The position numbers and the translations under genes are program-made. Below are positions 25,968-32,693 of a DNA stretch of 32,693 nt, one piece after another. The notes below the pieces were generated by a model that saw only the letters and a program-made list of their open reading frames with translations, had not been told where the DNA came from and ran no database searches. This DNA is from Candidatus Jordarchaeia archaeon. GTDB lineage: Archaea; Asgardarchaeota; Jordiarchaeia; Jordiarchaeales; Jordiarchaeaceae. The stretch spans positions 1 to 32,693 of the forward strand of contig JAHQXB010000125.1 in NCBI GenBank assembly GCA_029856435.1, in the 5' to 3' direction. The number at the start of each line of letters is the position of its first letter. Positions within the stretch are counted from its first letter, which is position 1.

Positions 25968-27308
25968 ATGCAATCCAAAGAAGACCTGAAGCAACAAATT
26001 ATTGAAAAGGTAAAATCCAGCGGAATAAGCCTCATTACCCTACAATTTGTAGACATATTCGGCACAGCAAAAACCTGTGCAATACCCCCCAGACAACTGG
26101 AAGAAGCCCTGGACAACGGCGTAGGCTTTGACGGCTCCTCAATTGAAGGATTTGCAAGGATCTACGAAAGTGATATGCGCTTAATTCCTGACCTCACCTC
26201 CTTCACAATCCTATCTCCAAGGATAACGGACAAGAAGGTAGCCACAATTTTTTGCGACGTATATAGACCAGAGGGCAAACCATTCGAAGGAGACCCCCGA
26301 TATGTTCTAAGAAGAAATCTAGAAGAAGCAAAGAAAATGGGCTTCAACTACTATGTGGGACCAGAACTAGAATTCTTCCTATTCAAACAAACAGACGGAA
26401 TAGAGCCAGTTCCCCAAGATCACGGGGGCTACTTCGATCTCGCACCCCTAGATTTAGCCTTTGAAGTTCGCGGGGAAGCCGCCGCAACCCTTGAAGATAT
26501 GGGCATAAATGTGGAAATGGGACACCACGAAGTGGCACCCGGACAACACGAAATTGACTTCAAATATGGCGACGCTCTGCACATAGCAGACGCTGTGATA
26601 ACCTATAAATATGTGTTAAAGGCCATCGCTAGGAAGCATAACCTTTTTGCGTCATTCATGCCTAAGCCGCTCTTTGGAGTAAATGGTTCAGGAATGCATG
26701 TTCATCAGAGTCTTTGGAACGGAAATAAAAACACCTTCTTTGATAAGAATGGAAAATATGGGCTTTCTGAGACTGCGCTTTACTTTATAGGCGGCCAGCT
26801 ACAATACATTAAAGAAATAATTTCTATTTTAGCGCCTACAGTAAACTCCTACAAGAGACTAGTTCCCGGATACGAAGCCCCAGTATACATATGTTGGGGA
26901 AGAAGAAACAGATCCGCCCTAATCCGGGTCCCAGAGTACTTCATTGGAAGAGAAAAATCTATTAGAGCTGAGCTTCGTTGCCCCGATTCTTCAACCAACC
27001 CCTACCTAGCATTCTCAGTGATGCTCAAAGCAGGCATTGAGGGAATTAAGAACAAGATAGAACCACCAAATCCCGTAGACGAAGATGTTTATGAATTCGA
27101 CGACGCCCAACTAAGAGAGTTTTATATTGATCAACTCCCCGGCTCACTTGGCGAAGCAATAAGCTACACAGAAAAAAGCAAGCTAGCCAAAGAAGCATTG
27201 GGAGACCATATCTTTTCAAGGTTCATAGAGGGCAAGAAGAAAGAGTGGAAAGAATTTTCAATGGCAGTAACCAGCTGGGAATGGCAAAGATACCTGCCAA
27301 TACTATGA
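25968..27308 (+). CDS. glnA: Glutamine synthetase type I
   Basis: FDGSSIEGF, GPELEFFLF, HHEVAPGQHEI, FMPKP..GVNGSGMH, NSYKRLVPGYEAP, NRSALIRVP, ELRCPD. Confidence 0.97.
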   Translation: MQSKEDLKQQIIEKVKSSGISLITLQFVDIFGTAKTCAIPPRQLEEALDNGVGFDGSSIEGFARIYESDMRLIPDLTSFTILSPRITDKKVATIFCDVYRPEGKPFEGDPRYVLRRNLEEAKKMGFNYYVGPELEFFLFKQTDGIEPVPQDHGGYFDLAPLDLAFEVRGEAAATLEDMGINVEMGHHEVAPGQHEIDFKYGDALHIADAVITYKYVLKAIARKHNLFASFMPKPLFGVNGSGMHVHQSLWNGNKNTFFDKNGKYGLSETALYFIGGQLQYIKEIISILAPTVNSYKRLVPGYEAPVYICWGRRNRSALIRVPEYFIGREKSIRAELRCPDSSTNPYLAFSVMLKAGIEGIKNKIEPPNPVDEDVYEFDDAQLREFYIDQLPGSLGEAISYTEKSKLAKEALGDHIFSRFIEGKKKEWKEFSMAVTSWEWQRYLPIL

Positions 27309-27336
27309 TTAATTCTTTGGAATGAGTTAGTTTTAT

Positions 27337-27454
27337 CAGCGTTACTTTTAATGCTGTTGTCCGAAATTTTTACATAAAAAACATCCCTAGTAGGGTTTTA
27401 ATTCCCACTTAAAAGGGGGAGCGCCGCCTCTTTGGCTTGGGCCTCCCCACTTTT
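27337..27454. other. Cluster of hairpins downstream of glnA (terminator or structured RNA)
   Basis: CAGCGTTA-CTTT-TAATGCTG (27337-27356), CCCTA-G-TAGGG (27385-27395), and AAAAGGGGGAG/CTCCCCACTTTT (27411-27454) followed by a T-rich run. Confidence 0.5.
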
Positions 27455-27849
27455 GTGTTTTAGAGTCTCTGTCCAACTGGTAGCAACAATAGTATGGTTC
27501 AACTCCGCGGGGTGTGTTAAGCTTAAGCCTAAAAAGTCTTTTCCATAGAATCCAAAAAGGATAAGGACTTGTAAAAAGATGAAATTTGGCTGACTTGTGG
27601 AATGTGCGTCGCAGCTCCTTATGTTGAATGTGTGCGGTTTTTCTTCGAACTTTTTATTGTCCTCATATACCTTTTTTGTTGCCATGTATATTCGTTTAAA
27701 AATTACTAATAAGCATAATCTTTTTAGAAAAATATATAAATTAGTAATGGAATGTTCCCAACTAATCCGGCAACTAATATATAGACAGGTGACGAGTGAT
27801 CAGCTTCAGCACACGAAGTGATTTACAAAAAGCTGGAGGACAAATAAGC

Positions 27850-27912
27850 ATGGAAACGGATAGAGCTCGGAAACGAATAGTATTATTCTGGGTGACATAT
27901 GTTTTTTCTTAG
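27850..27912 (+). CDS. Candidate 20-aa small protein or leader peptide METDRARKRIVLFWVTYVFS
   Basis: GGAGGA at 27835-27840, 9 nt before the ATG. Lies downstream of TATATAAA (27733-27740) and 48 nt upstream of the hdrBC start. Confidence 0.35.
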   Translation: METDRARKRIVLFWVTYVFS

Positions 27913-27960
27913 AAATCGGTAACATGTTGAATAATGAACATTTTTTCTATCGGTGATTGA

Positions 27961-29256
27961 ATGAGATACGCTCTATTCTTGGGTTGTTTGATTCCTTATA
28001 GACTTCCCTCGTTAGAGATGACTGCAAGAAGGGTTCTAAAAATTTTAGATGTGGAACTTGAAGATTTATCTGATTTCTCTTGCTGTCCGAACACTATAGC
28101 AGTGGAGTCTGTAAATGAAGATTATTGGTACTCCTTGGCAGCAAGGAATCTTGCATTGGCTGAAAAGAGTGGGCTTGACATTCTGTGTCTGTGTAGTGGT
28201 TGTTCTGAAAGCCTTAAAAGAGCTAACTATGAATTGAAAAGGAATTATGCTTTAAGGGAGAGAGTAAACTCTAAACTTTCAGAAATAGGTTTAAAGTATG
28301 AGGGAAGCATTGAAGTGAAACATTTTGTGGAGGTTTTAATTGAAACAGGGTTAGATACTATAAGAGAAAAAATTGTTTATCCCCTAAATGGTTTGAAGGT
28401 TGCCTGTCACTATGGTTGTCATCTTCTCAGACCCAGCGAAGTAATCTCCTTTGACAATCCTTTGAAACCAGTGTCTCTGGATAAGTTGGTTCAAACTTTG
28501 GGAGCAGAAACCGTTAATTATGAAAATAAAATGCTTTGTTGCGGTAGCGGTCTCAGTTTAGTGAAATCGGATAAGGCGCAAATATTATCAAAAAGAAAAC
28601 TGGACGAGGTTAAGAATAAGGCTGACTGCTTGGTTGTCGTCTGCCCTTCCTGTTTCCAACAGTATGACTCGGTCCAGAAGCTGATGAAGGAAAAACCAGA
28701 CGTTCCAATATTTTATTATCTGGAATTATTAGGATTAGCGCTAGGAATAGAACCTGAAAGTCTAGGATTATCCGCCCACAAAATAAGCGTTTCGAACTTG
28801 GTAAGTAGAATTTACGGGAGTATAGAGTCCTTAAAGGTTCTGTCCAAATTTTTTGACCTAGCAGTTCTCAAAAATTGTGCCAGATGTGGCGCATGTTCCT
28901 CTGATTGCCCAGTAGTAGATGAGACTTTCAACCCTCATAATATAGTTAAAATGCTCTTGGAGGGAAAGCTGAAAGAAGTCTTGGATGCAGGAGAATTCTG
29001 GCGATGCACCCAATGTTATACCTGCCACGAGCTTTGCCCCCAAAACATGGGGCTAATAGAAATTTTTTCAAAACTAAAAAGCATAGCCTCTCAAAAAGAG
29101 CGCATTCCAGAAGACATCAGAAACCAAATTGCCAATGTTTTGAATAATGGCTTCGCTATTCCTCCCTCTCAAGTGCTAAGAAAACGTTTTGATCTTCCCG
29201 AACCACCTAAACCGAATCTGGAAAAGATTAAGAAATTGGTGAAAAGCAATGTCTAA
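27961..29256 (+). CDS. HdrB-HdrC fusion (two CCG domains followed by a 2x[4Fe-4S] domain)
   Basis: HdrB motifs FLGC, SCCP, CSGC, CHYGCH, CCGSG, CPSC; HdrC motifs CARCGACSSDCP and WRCTQCYTCHELCP. Confidence 0.9.
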   Translation: MRYALFLGCLIPYRLPSLEMTARRVLKILDVELEDLSDFSCCPNTIAVESVNEDYWYSLAARNLALAEKSGLDILCLCSGCSESLKRANYELKRNYALRERVNSKLSEIGLKYEGSIEVKHFVEVLIETGLDTIREKIVYPLNGLKVACHYGCHLLRPSEVISFDNPLKPVSLDKLVQTLGAETVNYENKMLCCGSGLSLVKSDKAQILSKRKLDEVKNKADCLVVVCPSCFQQYDSVQKLMKEKPDVPIFYYLELLGLALGIEPESLGLSAHKISVSNLVSRIYGSIESLKVLSKFFDLAVLKNCARCGACSSDCPVVDETFNPHNIVKMLLEGKLKEVLDAGEFWRCTQCYTCHELCPQNMGLIEIFSKLKSIASQKERIPEDIRNQIANVLNNGFAIPPSQVLRKRFDLPEPPKPNLEKIKKLVKSNV

Positions 29257-30309
29257 AGTAATAGATGGCTGTGGAATTAGTGGAATTATGAGTACGAAGA
29301 AAAAATTGATTCCCGGAAGCGAGATAGTTACTTCCATAGACTCGATGAACTTTAGGTATAATGGGTTGGGTGGAGGATTTGCGGGTTATGGAATTTACCC
29401 CGACTACAAGGAGTACTACGCGTTCCATTTAAATTTCGAGGATCAGGAGGCAAAGACTAAAACAGAAAACTTTCTCTATGAGCGCTTAAGAGTCATAGAC
29501 GATGAACCGATTCCTATAAAAAAATCTGGGCTTATCGACGACACCAAATCTATAAGTTGGCGTTACTTTGTAGGTCCACCAAAGGATATAGAAAACGCTG
29601 ATGACTATATTGTTAAGGTGGTTATGCATATAAATGAAAATATTCCTGGAGCCTATGTTTTTTCGAGCGGGAAAAATATGGGGGTTTTCAAGGCGGTTGG
29701 TTATCCCAAAGCTGTGGCAGACTATTTCCAAATCGAGGATTATTCGGCGTATATTTGGATAGCTCACGGAAGATATCCCACCAATACACCTGGGTGGTGG
29801 GGAGGGGCACATCCGTTTAACATTCTGGACTGGTCAGTGGTCCATAACGGTGAGCTTAGTTCTTACGGCACTAATAAGAATTTCTTAGAAATGTGGGGGT
29901 ATAAGTGCACCTTACTGACTGACACCGAGGTTTTAGCATACTTGTTTGATCTACTGGTAAGGAGGCACAAGATTCCCGTAGAAATTGTATGTAATGTTAT
30001 GACTCCTAAGTTTTGGGACGAAATTAATTCTGATACTAGCCCGAGAGGAAAAGCTCTTCGAGCGTTAAGAATGACATATGGGGGGCAATTGTTAATGGGC
30101 CATTTAGCATAATTGTGGCCACTAACCGTTTCATGTTTGGATTAACGGATAGGATCAAGCTTCGCCCATTAATAGCAGCTAGAAAGGACGACCTCTTCTA
30201 CATTGCTAGCGAAGAGTGCGCGATAAGAAGTGTCTGTGAAAATCCAGACATTGTTTGGGCACCTAGAGGGGGAGAACAGGTGATTGCATATGTTCAAGAG
30301 GTGACCTAA
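29249..30309 (+). CDS. Glutamate synthase amidotransferase subunit (GltB domain 1), split by a -1 frameshift at G6 30080-30085
   Basis: GCGISG (catalytic Cys8 behind a short propeptide), RYNGLGGG, AHGRYPTNT, HNGELSSY, TDTE. One extra G joins the two ORFs as YGGAIVNGPFSII...DRIKLRPL...ASEE. Confidence 0.88.
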
Positions 30310-31802
30310 TGTTTCCTCCTCAATTCAGTGTGGTAATTGACAATGATAAATGTGAAAAATGCAAGAGATGTACGATAAACTGCTCTTTTGAAGCCTTATC
30401 ATACGACGAGAAAGAAGATAAGATAGTCTCAAATGACCAAAAATGTGTTGCATGTTTAAGGTGTGCCAGTAAATGTCCTAAAGGCGCCATAACTATTAAA
30501 AAGAACGAAATCACCTTTTCTCCACATCCAACTTGGACTCCTGAAATACGATTGGACATAATTAAGCAAGCAGAAACCGGCGGCATGATAATCGCTGGCT
30601 GTGGAAACGACCTAAACTATCCCTGCTTATTCGACAGAATAGTTATTGATGCTTGCCAGGTGACTAACCCCTCCATAGACCCTTTAAGAGAACCAATAGA
30701 AGTATCTACCTATCTTGGCAAAAAACCCAAACAGTTGAAAATTGGAGACGATTTCAGTTTAGAAACAGAAATAACTCCAAACATTATGATTAATACTCCC
30801 ATAATCATCGGTCACATATCATATGGCGCCATCAGTCTTAACGCCCATAAAGCTTTAGCCATGGCGGCGAGCAAAGCTGGAACCCTAATGGGCTCAGGTG
30901 AAGGAGGCTTACACCCTGACCTTTACGAATTCGGAGACCATATAATAGTACAAGTGGCTTCTGGGCGTTTCGGCGTTCACTCCAAATATTTAGAGGTTGG
31001 CGCCGCCATAGAAATTAAAATAGGGCAGGGCGCAAAACCGGGAATAGGAGGTCATCTACCTGGGGAGAAAGTCACCGAAGATATTGCTGAAACTAGAATG
31101 ATACCAGTTCATACAGATGCCTTATCACCAGCTCCCCATCACGACATCTACTCAATTGAGGATTTGTCTCAGCTAATCTATGCTCTCAAAGAAGAAACAG
31201 ATTACATGAAACCTGTCTTCGTTAAAATAGCCGCAGTTCACAATAGCGCAGCCATAGCCAGCGGAATTGCTCGGGCAGGAGCAGACGCAATAACCATCGA
31301 TGGTTTCAGGGGAGGAACTGGCGCAGCTCCCAAAATTGTTAGAAACCATTTAGGTATACCCATAGAGGTAGCTATTGCCAGCGTAGACAAAAGGCTGCGC
31401 GATGAAGGAATAAGAAATGAAGTTTCACTCATCGCCAGTGGAAGCATAAGATCTGCTGCTGATGTCGTCAAGGCCATAGCTCTTGGGGCTGACGCTGTAG
31501 CAATTGTTACACCAGCTCTCATAGCTATGGGTTGCACGGTGTGTCAACAGTGCTATAGGGGGACGTGCGCGTGGGGAATTTGTACAACCCGACCAGATTT
31601 GGCTAGAAGACTTGATCCAGAAGTCGCTTCGCGAAAAGTTTACAACTTGATTAGCGCTTGGACTATGGAAATTAAAGAAGTCCTAGGAGCTTTGGGAATG
31701 AATGCAATTGAAAGTCTACGATACAATAGAGAACGCTTGAGAGGAGTAGAGATTGACCAAAAGACTTTAGAAATCTTGGGAATAAAAGCGGCAGGTGAAT
31801 AA
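30309..31802 (+). CDS. gltB: Glutamate synthase FMN-binding subunit (GltB domain 2) with N-terminal 2x[4Fe-4S] ferredoxin domain
   Basis: CEKCKRCTINC and CVACLRCASKC, SYGAIS, GSGEGG, QVASGRFG, EIKIGQGAKPGIGGHLPG, IDGFRGGTGAAP, CTVCQQC...C. Confidence 0.94.
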   Translation: MFPPQFSVVIDNDKCEKCKRCTINCSFEALSYDEKEDKIVSNDQKCVACLRCASKCPKGAITIKKNEITFSPHPTWTPEIRLDIIKQAETGGMIIAGCGNDLNYPCLFDRIVIDACQVTNPSIDPLREPIEVSTYLGKKPKQLKIGDDFSLETEITPNIMINTPIIIGHISYGAISLNAHKALAMAASKAGTLMGSGEGGLHPDLYEFGDHIIVQVASGRFGVHSKYLEVGAAIEIKIGQGAKPGIGGHLPGEKVTEDIAETRMIPVHTDALSPAPHHDIYSIEDLSQLIYALKEETDYMKPVFVKIAAVHNSAAIASGIARAGADAITIDGFRGGTGAAPKIVRNHLGIPIEVAIASVDKRLRDEGIRNEVSLIASGSIRSAADVVKAIALGADAVAIVTPALIAMGCTVCQQCYRGTCAWGICTTRPDLARRLDPEVASRKVYNLISAWTMEIKEVLGALGMNAIESLRYNRERLRGVEIDQKTLEILGIKAAGE

Positions 31803-31804
31803 AA

Positions 31805-32539
31805 ATGCAAATAGATGCTAAAGGCCTTAGCTATACTGAGTTGAACAGGAAATTAAAAGAGCTTGTATCAAAAAAAGATGCTTTAGAAATAGACGTATTG
31901 AATGTTAATGGTCACCGTTACATAGGAACCGGATTAGAAAACTGTAAGGTAATTCTACGTTTGTATGGTGTTGCTGGAAATGATTTGGCAGCGTTTATGA
32001 ACGGTGGTTCAATATTTGTTTATGGAAATGCTGAGGACGGTGTGGGAAACACCATGAATGCAGGATTAGTTGTTATCCATGGAGATGCAAGAGACGTGGT
32101 AGGTTACTCCATGAGAGGAGGGAAAATTTTCATTAAAGGCAACGTGGGCTACCGAGCGGGTATCCATATGAAAGCCTATAAGAACCATTTCGCAAGTATA
32201 ATAGTTGGGGGAAAAGCCGAAGATTTTCTAGGAGAATATATGGCCGGTGGAATAATAGTAGTCCTGAATTCTAATAATGAGAAACATCCTGTAGGAAAAT
32301 TCACTGCAACTGGAATTCACGGAGGAACAATATTCGTTAGAGGCAAAATTTCAGAAGAAAATCTAGGAATCGGCGCCGAAATAGGGGCACCTAATGAAGA
32401 AGAACTAAGCCTTCTGAATGATCTAATTTCTGAATATTTCTCATATTTCCAAGTCGATGGAAATTTGGATGGCTCTGAATTCACCAAAATTTACTCTAAA
32501 AGTCACCGCCCATTTGCAAAACTCTACGTCTTAGAGTAG
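31805..32539 (+). CDS. Glutamate synthase GXGXG beta-helix subunit (GltB domain 3)
   Basis: GHRYIGTG, GVAGNDLAAFMNGG, GNTMNAG, GYRAGIHMK, FLGEYMAGG. Confidence 0.9.
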   Translation: MQIDAKGLSYTELNRKLKELVSKKDALEIDVLNVNGHRYIGTGLENCKVILRLYGVAGNDLAAFMNGGSIFVYGNAEDGVGNTMNAGLVVIHGDARDVVGYSMRGGKIFIKGNVGYRAGIHMKAYKNHFASIIVGGKAEDFLGEYMAGGIIVVLNSNNEKHPVGKFTATGIHGGTIFVRGKISEENLGIGAEIGAPNEEELSLLNDLISEYFSYFQVDGNLDGSEFTKIYSKSHRPFAKLYVLE

Positions 32540-32693
32540 TTACTTAGAAAAATAGTGTTTCTATTCACTTTCCGCACTCTTGGTTTATTTTTTTCTATTT
32601 TGCGGAGTTTGCATGGCGATATGGAGGATGCCCGCCTTTACCGAACAATTCTTCGGAAACCCCCAAATCCCTGCAGAAGAAATGAGCAGAAAT

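Noticed and set aside
27496-27506. GGTTCAACTCC as a tRNA T-arm
   Set aside because: The T-stem does not pair beyond 2-3 bp, and no acceptor, D or anticodon arms can be built.
27398-27685. 95-aa minus-strand ORF between glnA and hdrBC
   Set aside because: No recognisable domain or SD, and its 3' end simply reads through the hairpin cluster; it cannot be fully excluded.
27749-27758. NrpR operator
   Set aside because: Spacing is GGAA-N2-TTCC, not the established GGAA-N6-TTCC.
27411-29256. Selenocysteine recoding / SECIS linked to the Hdr gene
   Set aside because: No in-frame TGA interrupts hdrBC or any other gene here, and all cluster ligands are Cys codons.
32613-32693. Possible gene start at the right edge (MAIWRMPAFTEQFFGNPQIPAEEMSRN)
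   Set aside because: Too short to assign, and alternative frames on both strands are equally open.
1-32693. CRISPR array, rRNA or tRNA genes
   Set aside because: No regularly spaced repeats and no GC-rich structural RNA blocks were seen.

Overview
Archaeal chromosomal window, AT-rich with GGAGG-type Shine-Dalgarno sites. The lineage cannot be fixed from the sequence; an anaerobic TACK/Asgard-type archaeon is plausible. In order: the 5' end of a probable IS607-type transposase cut by the left edge; a BlaI-like repressor plus BlaR/HtpX-like protease, divergent from a four-gene ABC exporter operon and with a tandem dyad operator; thi4 divergent from an orphan gcvH; nurA-herA; a COG1237 metallo-hydrolase; an ArsR-type regulator; RIO2; a DUF460 protein; an Lsm with a charged tail; thiC; moeA-moeA-moaB-moaC divergent from mobB; truA; rfcL/rfcS; an Lrp regulator; glnA; and a tightly coupled operon of an HdrB-HdrC fusion followed by a three-part archaeal glutamate synthase, whose amidotransferase gene is split by a 1-nt frameshift in a G6 run. 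The best candidate for an undescribed system is the HdrBC-linked glutamate synthase, possibly thiol/disulfide-coupled nitrogen assimilation. The archaeal BlaI/BlaR-type ABC regulon is second. No rRNA, tRNA or CRISPR array was seen. All family calls come from motif recognition by eye, not database searches.
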